From the NCBI RefSeq assembly GCF_006345805.1, contig NC_043000.1:58528001-58592000 (forward strand): 64,000 nucleotides of DNA, given 5' to 3'. The notes under the pieces were generated by a model, which saw only the letters and a program-made list of their open reading frames with translations, made no database searches and was not told where the DNA came from. Within the stretch, counting starts at the first letter, position 1, and each line of letters opens with the position of its first letter. Positions 52,722 through 64,000 of the stretch are shown here, one piece after another. The DNA is from Octopus sinensis (Eukaryota). The translations under genes were made by a program, and so were the position numbers.

Positions 52722-53365
52722 CTTTCTAGTTGAAACTGACAGAAAAATAGATGCAAATAGGCCAGACAATATATTAATGGATTTGAGACAAAAATCATGT
52801 CTCCTCATCGATATGACTGTCCAATTGACATAAATGTGTCTGTCAAGACCTACCAAAAATACACTGAACAAATATAAAGACCTTAAAATAGAAATATGCA
52901 AAAATGTGGAGCCTCAAGACTAAAACAATACCTGTTACCATAGGTATCCTAGGAATGATAGCAAAAAGGGCTGATTGCTACCTATCCCAAATACCAGGAA
53001 ATCCCCAAATGGAAAAATTTCCAGAAATAGTGCTTATGAAAACTGCTCATATCCTACAAAAACCATTGTCCTATGTAATCCCCAAAGCATTTTAATCTGT
53101 CAAAAGTACACTTAGATGTACATAATAGCAAATATCTTTTACTGTCATTTTAACATCACACTATCATCTTATAATCAAATTACTTTTAAAGCAAACTTCT
53201 AATTTTCTTATGTTTTGACAGACATTTTCTAGAATGATGCTTTGTGCAAGACCAAAAATTTGGCACCCTAACCATAGCATCAACTTGATCTTCTAACTTG
53301 TCTCTTGAGGTCTCTGTGTGAGACTTGGAGTCAATTTATACAAATACAAAGCAAAAGTCAAACAT
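52722..53365 (+). mobile_element. R4/Dong-like RLE non-LTR element, 3' fragment in (TAA)n
   Basis: TDRKIDANRPD..CLLIDMTV, KYKDLKIEI, MWSLKTKTIPVTIGILG; flanked by TAA repeats. Confidence 0.85.
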
Positions 53366-53377
53366 ATAATAATAATG

Positions 53378-53422
<45 letters not shown>

Positions 53423-53658
53423 TAGTTAAATAGCTTATAAAATTAGTCTTTTAGCATATAGCTTTACTTTATTATTGTACAATATTTCAAACTAAGGATG
53501 AGTTTCATATAGTTTGAGGTGAAATCAGAGAATAACAGAATATTATTTATTAGAAAAAAGAACATGATTGATCATTGTTTGACAACAAAATTTGGATACA
53601 TGTTTATCATGTAAAAAAATCTCTTAAAAACAACTTGAAAAAATTGATTTCTTTTTAC

Positions 53659-53931
53659 CGTTTCTATAGACATTGAGAAAGGACCAAAGGAGAAACCTCC
53701 TCCACCACCAGACTCTTTGCCATAGTATAAAGCATTGGCAAACATTGATGTGAATAGTAGACAAAGGCAGCAGGATACACGTTGGAGACGGGTAAATGGA
53801 CTGCCAGGGGGTCGTCCAATGACAGAGAACCAAAGATGTCCATCTCCCAAATTCTTCTGGGCTCGCTTTGCAAACATGTGTGAGAAATTCAACAGTTGTT
53901 CTTTTCCAGCAACAGGAATAATCCGGTCGAC
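53659..53931 (-). CDS. PKD1-like exon (post-PLAT, TM2)
   Basis: TAG/GTAAAA, 273 nt; DGHLWFSV..PP.SPFTRLQRVSCC. Confidence 0.93.
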
Positions 53932-54678
53932 CTATGGCACCAAACAGAGAAAGAATTACAAAATAGAAATTGCCAACATAGGAAATATTTTTTTAAAATA
54001 TGTACTGCTTTTAAGTATATGCACGAATGTATGTGTGTGTGTGTGTGTGGTGTGTGTGTGTGTGTGTGTGTGTGCGTGTGTGCGTATGTGTGTGTGTAGA
54101 TATACATATCAATTGTCAGTGTATCATATAACCGAAAAAGAAGCACACTCTAAAACATAGAGCAGTAATATATAAATGCAGTTAAGTATGTCTGGTCACA
54201 GAGTGACCAACGGTTTTGCATCCCTAAGGGGCTAAACCCTATTGATGAATCATCAGACTCAAATGGTGAAGGTCATATAGGCCTTCAAACTTTGGAGGTA
54301 GAAATCCATTATGGTCAGTTAGTTAGCGAGTAAAGAAAGAATAAAAAATCTGGTTGGCGAGGATGGGTTATCTCCCTTAGATCAGTCCATGGGACCAAAA
54401 CGAGGACTGGGTAACTCCGCCCTCAGGTTGCTTATAGATCATAAGGAACTTTTTGGATCAAAACGATGCACATAAAATAATGCCTGGTTACATCTGAAAC
54501 TGTCCATACTCTGTACAGTGGAAACGTGTTGGTAGTAATAACTATATGATGTATGAAGTTGTATAATAAAAGGAAATCAATTTTGAGGATGAACAAGTCT
54601 CCCTATTCTATATTGTTATAATTATTTCTTAAATAAATAAATAAATATAATATGTATATACATATACGTATTTATATA

Positions 54679-54717
<39 letters not shown>

Positions 54718-54735
54718 AGTGTGTGTGTGTATGTA

Positions 54736-54793
<58 letters not shown>

Positions 54794-55724
54794 GATGTAA
54801 TTTATCACCATGCAATGACTAAGGAAAATAGTGTAATAAAGGGACATATAAGCCCTCAACATATATATATATGTGTGTGTGTGTGTGTATGTATATATAT
54901 ATATATATATATATTTATATAATATATTTTTATTTTTTTACTTATTTTATTATTTATTTTATCTAGTTTCGGCTCACGAGCTGTGGCCATGCTGGGGCAC
55001 TGCCATTTGGTGTTGCTACATAATTTTACTTCACGAATGCTTTTTAGGAATTGACATTTGGTGCATGAGAGAGTTTGATGCAGCTGCTTTCATCTGCACC
55101 TCCTGCCGTGAAGTTGGGTATATTTTCTTTTTTTTTCCTTTTATTTCTTTCAGTCATTTGACTGCGGCCATGCTGGTGCACAGCCTTTAGTCGAAGCCTA
55201 TTACTTATTCTATCAATCCCTTTTGCCAAACTGCTAAGTTATGGGGATGTAAACACACCAACGCTGGTTGTCAAGTGATGGTGGGGGGACAACACACACA
55301 AATATATATATATATATATTAGTCATTGCACAGTGATCGCCATAAGCTTTAAGCTTATATAAAAAAATACCATTATCATTATTTACAGGATTGTAAAAAC
55401 GGCATCGTATAAAAAAACCATTCGCACCAAAAGCAAATACAAAGTTTGATTACATATAGAAAAGTAAATGCAAGCTATTATAGTTCTTAAATTTGACAGG
55501 AAAAGGGAGGCTGATTTGTTGGTGTAAAGGTAACACACTTAGTTGCTTTAAGAAAGGGATGTGGGTTCAACTCCTAAGTGAATAGGAAAGCCTTCTTTTT
55601 CCTGTTGAGGGCTTATATGTCCCTTTATTAGACTATTTTCCTTAGTCATTGCACGGTGATAAATTACATCATATGTAAACAACTTAGGCTTAGTTTTTGA
55701 AGCACTGAAATGTATTGTAGCATT

Positions 55725-56190
55725 TCTGGAAGGCTTTATAAGTTCTAAATTGCAGAAGAATTTGTCAGTACAGCAGTTTAGCTCAATGGTAGAGCATTTG
55801 ACCAGAAATCAAAGGGATGTGAGTTCAATTCTCATGTATAGTTGCTGACAGATTTTTCTGCTCTGAAAGGGATATTATCCCATATATACTGTTATATCAG
55901 TATTTTACACGTTGGAAAAAATATATCTTTCTACTTGTACTACAATACAACATATAACATAATTTATATTACGACTAATATTTCAGGATGGCTTTATAAG
56001 TTCTAAATTGCAGAAGAATTGAATTTGTCAGTTTAGCTTAATGGTAGAGCACTTGACCGGAAATCAAAGCGATGTGAGTTCGATTCTTATGGCTAGTTGC
56101 TGACAGATTTTTCTGGTCTGTAAGGGATCTTATTCTATATATACTGTTATATCAGTATTTTATGCATTGAAAAATATATCTTTCTACATA
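55725..56190 (+). repeat. About 255-bp tandem duplication, each unit containing a tRNA-like sequence
   Basis: TAGCT(C/T)AATGGTAGAGC..GAGTTC(A/G)ATTC at about 55773-55845 and 56030-56100. Confidence 0.7.
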
Positions 56191-56391
56191 TATATATTTA
56201 TATATCGAGATTTATTATTGTATATATATATTTATATATCATCATCATCATTGTTTAATGTATGCTTTCCATGCTTTCTGGCAGCATGGGCAATGACCAT
56301 GGTCGAATGTTATTTTTCACTTGCCTCAATAGGTCTTTGCAAGCAAAGTTCATTGTCCAATGAATGAGGGGTACACACATATATACATAGT

Positions 56392-56783
56392 AGAGGTGCA
56401 ATGGCCCAGTGATTTGAGCAGTGGACTTCCAGTCGTAGGATCGCGGTTTCGATTCCCAGACCAGGCATTGTGAGTGTCTATTGAGTAAAAACACCTAAAG
56501 CTCCATGAGGCTCTGGCAGAGGTGGGGGGATGAACCCTGCTGTACTCTTTTACCACAACTTTCTCTCACTCTTTCTTCCTGTTTCTGGTGTACCTGTATT
56601 TCAAAGGGCCAGCCTTGTCACACTCTGTGTCATGCTGAATGTCCCTGAGAACTACATTAAGAGTACATGTGTCTGTGGAGTGCTCAGCCAATTGCATGTT
56701 AATTTCATGAGCAGTCTGTTCTGTTGATTGGATCTGTTGATTGGATCAACTGGAACCCTCGTCATTGTAACTGAAAGAGTGCC

Positions 56784-56785
<2 letters not shown>
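56392..56785 (+). mobile_element. tRNA-derived SINE (34853-type head, 2644-type tail)
   Basis: GGATCGCGGTTTCGATTCCCAGACC head; GGATCAACTGGAACCCTCGTC tail. Confidence 0.8.
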
Positions 56786-56818
<33 letters not shown>

Positions 56819-56822
56819 GGAG

Positions 56823-56854
<32 letters not shown>

Positions 56855-57172
56855 CTCCTGTAGCGAGATCATCAGAAAGAAGTCCGGCGTGAGAGATGTC
56901 ATCGCAGAGTATACACGCAGCAAGTATAGATGGGCTGGACACGTCGCCCGGCTCACCGATAATCGCTGGACCCAAGCAGTTGTCGAGTGGTACCTGTGCG
57001 AGCGGAAAAGACCACCCGGAAGACCTCCACGACAGTGGAGCTACGATTTCAGGAGGACGATTGGGATCATGTGAATGAGAAAGGTGCGATCCAGAGAGGA
57101 GTGGACAATGAGCTGTGACCAGCGGTGTCAAATGGATGCCTAATGGACTGGTCAGTCAAGGTGATCAAGGTG

Positions 57173-57173
<1 letters not shown>
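56855..57173 (+). mobile_element. RTE LINE 3' end in (TA)n
   Basis: KYRWAGHVARLTDNRW..KRPPGRPPRQW; terminal (TCAAGGTGA)x2. Confidence 0.85.
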
Positions 57174-57213
<40 letters not shown>

Positions 57214-57705
57214 TAAATGCATATATACATACAATTGAGTGTGTGTGTGTAATTTTCACATACATTTTTTTTTATTCTTTTTTTTTGTGAAATTTCTAAT
57301 CATGTACACTATACTTTTAGTGATCATTATGACCATTTTCTGATGAGATGACACAAAATACACATATCAGGATGTATTAATAGAAGCACATGTGTACCAG
57401 TGTAACCTTAAAGCATAGGCACACTGCAGTTGTCCTGTAGCCTCACAGGTTTGGGGGCCCAATCCTGATCTTAGTATGCTCTGCATGCAGTCAATAAATA
57501 AATATCATAGTGCTCAATACATTGATTTGCCCAGGGTCCTGTAATATCCCTGATGTGGATAGACATATATAAACACATGTATATTTATGTCTGTGCATAA
57601 ATAGCTCCATACATATATATGTGACTATGTAGAAACATGTATGTTTGTGGATAATAGGAGTGGAGACTAATAAATAAAAGGATCAAATAATGCATCGAAA
57701 CTTAC

Positions 57706-57871
57706 CTGTCCATCATCCTCTTCCACAGCAAGCCATTTGTTTGCTATAAAATGATACTTCATTCCAGTTTGAAGATCTCGTACCAAGAAATGTTTAAGAT
57801 ACCATGAGCCAAATTTTCCTTTTCCAGAATTGTCATGCCATATACGTGCATAGCTCAGTGCTCCAAGTGGT
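57706..57871 (-). CDS. PKD1-like exon (PLAT domain)
   Basis: TAG/GTAAGT, 166 nt; LGALSYARIWHDNSG..SWYL..WLAVEEDDG. Confidence 0.93.
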
Positions 57872-58044
57872 CTAGGATATATAATATACACAAAGTTACT
57901 ACAACAACTACACCTTGGATGGATGATAATGATTACACAATAACTCACTAATGTGCTACAGGTGTAAAAATGCATTGAAACAATGGTAGTGATTTTAAAT
58001 AAAGAATTCCGTTGTCTATCATTTATCTATTGATATATATATAT

Positions 58045-58215
58045 ATATATTATATAAAATCCGTTCTGTCTGTCTGTGTGTGTGTCTTCTAGGATCTCAG
58101 GCATCCTCCATCCGATTGCACTCAAATTTGATATGTAGATACCAATGGTATCAGGGCAAGTATAAGTCTTGAAGAAATTACAAAAATCAATTCCAGGTGA
58201 GAATGCGATCAATAA
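58045..58215 (+). mobile_element. Possible Helitron-like 5' fragment
   Basis: TATATAAAATCCGTTCTGTCTGTCTGTG pattern; a similar start near 15957. No 3' hairpin/CTAG confirmed. Confidence 0.3.
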
Positions 58216-58841
58216 AGCCGTGGGAACATGCATTTGTACACATAAGCACATCAGCTGTTGTGATCGATACTATGCATATGCGAGAAAAATGCACATGCAG
58301 TTTGTGCAAAAAAAACTGGCTGGCTTGAAATAATGCCACAAAATGCAGTATATTTAAGAGACCAAAAAAGTAAGATGCAAAAGAGATATTTTCTTCAAAC
58401 TTGGCATGAAGGAAGGAAAGACTATTTGGTTTCTCAAGAAGTTTTTTTTTTGCCTTAACTTTGTTTAACAAAACCAAAAATTTTATTGAAATGAAGGCAT
58501 GCTTAATTATTTTTTAATGGAAAGAAAACACTGATTGCTTTCTATTCAGCAGATATGATTCAGCACCGTCCTCAAACAGCCACATAAATTGCTGCTGGAA
58601 AGCTGCTCATATCTGCTCACAACTGAGTAGCATGCACCCATCCTGATTCATCAAACATTCAGCAGAATTTACTAAGTTGTCACTCTTTTATAATAGACTA
58701 TTTTAAGAATGCTCAATCATTTCTAACTGATGCTTTAGAATAGAACATTGATTACTGTAATGTCTATAAATGGGGATGTGCTTCAGTGAATTTCATGAAG
58801 ATTATATGCACATAGTTTTTTAATGATTTCTAGAAACTAAC

Positions 58842-58957
58842 CTTCGTACTGCCATCAGAAAACCATCAACTGATCCACGTTGGAGAATCTGTCTCTTATC
58901 GTCTGTTAATGACCTTGCTTCTGTTTCATCATATTCTCCAGATAGGATAAAATACAC
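58842..58957 (-). CDS. PKD1-like exon (PLAT domain)
   Basis: CAG/GTTAGT, 116 nt, phase 0 to 2; VYFILSGE..LQRGSVDGFLM. Confidence 0.9.
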
Positions 58958-59222
58958 CTGAAATAAAAATATTTAAAGTATCCCATAAGACTGATATAAA
59001 AACAAAGTAGCTTCTTCACATCAAATATATACTACAAATACACAAATAGTGTTGCCAAACCTAACCTGTTTCCAATCAAGGTAGTATTTCTTTCTGATCA
59101 CACATCTTTATGCAGAATATTGCAAATGAAGGGCATCCCTTTCATGATGCTGATGCTCATTTCCAACCATTACATGAAATCAAGACAAGGAGACAATAAC
59201 ACAGCACACACACTCACACCTC

Positions 59223-59304
<82 letters not shown>

Positions 59305-59368
59305 GTGTGTGTGTATATGTATATATATATACACACACACACACATACACACACACACACACACACAC

Positions 59369-59409
<41 letters not shown>

Positions 59410-60074
59410 ACACACACAGCAGGCTTCTTTCACTTTCCATGTAACAAATCCATTCAACGCTTTATTCAACTTGGGACTATAGTAAAAGACACTTGTCACA
59501 CAGTGGAACTGAACCTGGAACCACATGGTTGGGAAGCAAAATTTTCACCCAACAACTATGCTTTTTGCACCAGTATAAAATATACTGGGTATTGAGATTT
59601 CTTAGAAATGCTGCTAAGCATTTTGTCCAGCATGCTAATGATTCTGCCAACTTGCCACCTTCCCAATCGTTGTCACAATTATCATCATCATCATCACCAC
59701 CATCATCATCATCACATTCATCATCATCACCATTTAGCGTCCATTTTCCATGCTGGCATGGGTTGAACAGTTTAACTGAAAACTGGTAAACTTGGGAGCA
59801 GCTCTAGGTTCCGGTTTGATTTGCCATGATTTCTACAGCTTGATGCCCTTCCTAATGCCAACCACTCCAAGAGGTAGTGGGTGCTTTTTACGTGCTAGTT
59901 ATGTAACACTGGCATCAGTTACAACAACGATCACATTTGGTTTGACAGGTCTTCTCAAACACAGTATATCACCGAATGTCTCAGTCACTTGTCACTGCCT
60001 CTGTGGGGCCCAGTTTTCAAAGGGTGTATTTTATGTGGCATAATGATCATCATATTAAATCTGTAATAACTTAC

Positions 60075-60176
60075 TTTTGATGTTGTTCCAGAATCTTTGC
60101 CCATTCCAGTGGCAACTATGATTTCATAGTAATATTTATCATTTGGGTTGTTGTCTTTCAATGGTGTTAATCCAAG
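60075..60176 (-). CDS. PKD1-like exon (PLAT start)
   Basis: TAG/GTAAGT, 102 nt; LGLTPLKDN..YYYEIIVATG..SGTTSK. Confidence 0.9.
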
Positions 60177-61101
60177 CTAAAGAGATCAAAATGAAAAGTA
60201 TGATTATTAAATAACTCAAAAATATTTTGTTTGGTAGATTATGAAAACTAGTTTGCATATTGTATTTCCCATCATACAAGTCAAATTCTTCAGACCAAAG
60301 TTCACAGCCAATAAAGGGAGATGGATTTTTATACCAAGAACCAAAAATTTTATGTGAAAATTTTGGAGGACCAAAAATTTTATGTGAAATACTGCATGAT
60401 TTGGAAAGATAGTGACAATGTTTGAATGTTTACACTTCCTGTTTACCATATATACTATTTTGATGTGTATGCTGGAAAATACAATAATTTAATGAAATTT
60501 AGTTTTTCTCTTCTTTCATACAAAGTATTATGTAATATCAATCTGCTATTTTTGCCCTTGGATTATTGAAAGTACTACTCTTTTCCCTTCTATTGGTTTC
60601 AGCCATTAGACTGTGACCATGGTGAGGCACTGCCTCACAGAATCTTTAGTTGAATGAATCAAACCCGGGATTTTTTTTTAAGCCTGGTACTTATTCTATC
60701 AATCTGTTTTGCCAAACAAACTTTGTCTACATGTACATTTTTTTGTACTTAAATTAAATATTCTTTGTATATCGACCTGCCTAGCTTGTTTATACTTCTA
60801 TTTATTTTATATATATAAGAAGAAAAAGAAAATGAAGACTGGTTAAGTTGATAATTGTTTATTACTAATAACAATCTGTTGTTAAAAATAAACAAGTATT
60901 AACTTCCCAGTCTCCATTTTCTTTTTCTTCTTTTATATGAATATAAACTATATAAAAACTAAGTTTTTATATATACACCTATTATTTTAAGGAAATTAAT
61001 TCCCCAAATATGCTAGGTATTGAACCAGTGTTTCCTTGGATGAAACCATCCCTTCATGAGGTTAACACAACCTCTAATCGCACATATATATACTTACACC
61101 C

Positions 61102-61129
61102 CCACACACACCACACACCACACACACAC

Positions 61130-61185
<56 letters not shown>

Positions 61186-61212
61186 ACACACACACCACAC
61201 ACCACACACACA

Positions 61213-61293
<81 letters not shown>
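61102..61293. repeat. (CA)n microsatellite
   Basis: Direct reading of the sequence. Confidence 0.95.
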
Positions 61294-61294
<1 letters not shown>

Positions 61295-61422
61295 TATGCA
61301 CAGATATGATAATAAGGATATCTATTAATGATAACTATTAATACCCAGTACTGCTGCTGTAGTCTCCTTTAGAGAGATTTAGAAATAATATTTCTATTTT
61401 ACATATCATTAATAACATCTGC

Positions 61423-61457
<35 letters not shown>

Positions 61458-61474
61458 TATATATATATTATATA

Positions 61475-61615
61475 TAAGGGCAAACGAAAACATTTTCTAT
61501 GCCAATATGCTAAAAATAGACCTTAGATTGTCTAACCACATAATATATGTGATTAGACGATCTAAGGTCTATTTTTTAGCATAATGGCATAGAAAATTTT
61601 TTCTTTTGTCCTTAT
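61475..61615. repeat. Near-perfect palindrome, about 140 bp
   Basis: TATGCTAAAAATAGACCTTAGAT is mirrored by ATCTAAGGTCTATTTTTTAGCATA. Confidence 0.9.
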
Positions 61616-61818
61616 TAATAATTGTTTATATTTTCCCCATGAAAGGTATTTTAATATGCTGGCCACTGGTAAAATTTTTTTGAAAAATTTTATCTTTATA
61701 CTAGGAGTATATATATATATTTATTTATATTATATTTCTTCCATTTATTCTGCTTATATGAGAACTAGTTAAATATAAAGGTTCTATCTCCAAATAAAAA
61801 TTGCATTTTTAAAATAAC

Positions 61819-62046
61819 CTTTTCTGTATCCTTTTTGTCTTGCCAGAAGGACCACCCGGCAAAGCCTAGGTAGACAAGAAGAATGATGATCTGTGTAATA
61901 TATAGTGTTGGGTTCTCTGCAAAGCTAGCATTGTTCAGGACACGATCCCAGTCAATTGCATTTGGTGCAACGACCAATCCAGCTGAGAATGCAGTCATGT
62001 GATTACAGAAACATTGTGTCTGTGTCAGATTAGTCTTATGACCAAC
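61819..62046 (-). CDS. PKD1-like exon (GPS cleavage site and TM1)
   Basis: TAG/GTTATT, 228 nt; TQCFCNHMTAF..VAPNAIDW..NPTL. Confidence 0.93.
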
Positions 62047-62549
62047 CTAAAATAAAACAAATAAAACAGGTTCATCACAGAAATTATATGAATCATATAT
62101 TGTTTTAATCTAATACTGTTGCATTGAAGCATAGTAGCAGATGTACATAACAAAACAGTAGACAAAATTGGAAGAATCATATAAGCCAATCAATTCAAAC
62201 AAATATAATTAATGTAAAGAAAGAAAAAGAGAAGATAATTGTGGAATCTGAACTTAAAATGAAATGATAATTCTCTAGTTTTCTTCCTTTTATTTTTTAT
62301 ATTCTTGATTAAAAAAAAGATTAAAACTTTCATTAATTTTATTTAAAAAGTTTTTGCATTTTCTCCTGCATTCACTGCATCTTTCCTTCAAGTGACATGG
62401 CCTTCACCACTTTCAGGCTTGTGTAGATCTGATATCTAACAAATTACAATAGATTACATTTTGAAAGAAATCTCTTTTACTTTTGATTAATTAGAAATAG
62501 ATTTTAACATGCAGTTGTGCTATTTTGATTATAAACTACTGCAACTTAC

Positions 62550-62812
62550 ATAACATCCATCAGTAACCCAATCTGTTTTAGTTTCACTGAAATACAGACA
62601 TCCAGATGTGAATGTCCGTAAGGTGTAATTGGTTGTAAATTGACCTGTGTGGGGCTTAAAATCAGGTATGGTTGCATTTGAGTCGTATAAGTCCATTTCA
62701 TCAGCTTCTAATTGTCTAACTCCCAAAGTGATTCGACCAGTATAATTGCCAACGATCTTATCACTGACAAATAACATGTATGGATTTGGCCAGCTTCCGT
62801 CTGTGTAATTTT
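62550..62812 (-). CDS. PKD1-like exon (GAIN/GPS N-terminal half); the gene continues upstream of the window
   Basis: CAG/GTAAGT, 263 nt, phase 1 to 0; FTSGCLYF..W.TDGC. Confidence 0.9.
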
Positions 62813-64000
62813 CTGGAATTAGATACAATCACAAAGAAAATGATGCTCAAAATTTGAAAATATTATAGTCAACAACCAAAAAAAAAAGAGGCTGGTAAAA
62901 AAAGACTAGATTATGTGAAATTATACTGTATAGTACAATATGTATTTTAGGTATGAAAAAACTGATGACAATGCTAAACCAAACATAATGGTATTTCACA
63001 CATCACATTTGGTGGCATCTAGATGTTAATGTTCAGACAGAGTTGAGTTTAAAATTTCTACTGAGTGACATTGAAAAGGATATTGAGAAAGCACTAACAC
63101 TTCACAAGCATTATTTATTGCCCAACAAACTAGCATCCAGTCTACAGACAGATTTATCACTCTTTCACTTAAATCCATGAAACTAGAGCAAAAAGTCAGT
63201 TCTTTAGAAAATAGTAATGACATATGCAAGGTATTATCTCTTCACTTGGAAATAATTCAAAGACCATTCCATGCCTCTTCACTTAAATTTTCAAAATCCA
63301 TTAGCAAAATTGTAAAATGTGATTCACTTACATCACTATTTCAAAATATCGTGATTCTTTTAGTCTTAGCTAACATGTTTAGTTACTACTTCCAATTTTA
63401 GTCTTGGCAAAATATGCAAGTTAAGACTAAACTGGGAAGTTAAAAGTAAATAAACTACGACTACTATATTTTGAGATGGTGATGTATGTGGATCAAGTTC
63501 TATAATTTTATTAAACATTCTAAGCTAAAATGTTGTAAACAAATTTTGAATAATATACGGAATGAAGACATGATTTTGAAATTTTACTGGTTTCTTCAAA
63601 GGCATTATATTTGAAGGAAGCCCTACATTTAGAAGAGGACCTATATTTGTTCACCACTGTACTAGCTGATGTAGGAGCCTTCATATGGTCACTCAACAAG
63701 GTAGAAATAGAAGCTAAATTTCCATCAAATCATATCTTATTGACATAAAAAAGGACACATTGAATAATATAGTCATAAACTTTCTATACTTGATAAAAAG
63801 ACAAAAACAGGATGGGGATGAAATTATCATATTTGATGTGTGGTTAACCAAAGCTGACTTGGATTCTGATTCATGATGACACAGACCATTTATAGTAATT
63901 AATCCATTACTGGACCAATAGTGCAATCTTTACATATATGGTTGCTTGTCTCCTGGGATAGGAACCAAATCACCCTCAGATAACAAGCTAACACTTTTTA

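Noticed and set aside
54190-54620. Penelope-type terminal repeat with a hammerhead
   Set aside because: The core reads CTGAAAC rather than CTGANGA; too degenerate to support.
55773-55845. Functional tRNA-Ser gene
   Set aside because: Poor acceptor stem, C33, and no long variable arm.
62950-64000. Further upstream PKD1-like exons
   Set aside because: No convincing spliced frame with REJ/GAIN similarity; probably intron.

Overview
Eukaryotic, AT-rich, microsatellite-dense DNA. The SINE families and microsatellites suggest an octopus/coleoid cephalopod (inference). Two host genes are supported. (1) The 3' part of a polycystin-1-family (PKD1L/REJ-like) gene on the minus strand: 12 GT-AG exons with consistent phases from 62812 to the stop at 37438, about 1226 aa, covering GPS, PLAT, 11 TM and channel regions. 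Its 5' exons lie outside the window. (2) An intronless 138-aa divergent profilin-like ORF at 5430-5846. The rest is mostly transposable elements: a CR1-type LINE with an intact ORF2, L1/Tx1, RTE, R4/Dong-like and Penelope fragments, a Tc1/mariner relic, hAT and piggyBac MITEs, and many tRNA-derived SINEs. The most interesting unexplained structure is a cluster of three homologous minus-strand units at about 18.6-23.1 kb. Two of them keep a TATA-like box at identical spacing, and all three start with a conserved 26-nt bulged stem-loop, amplified four times in one unit. Three different SINE/LINE shared 3' tails and a self-targeting SINE are also visible. No CRISPR or prokaryotic system is present. 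All calls are by eye; no database searches were run.
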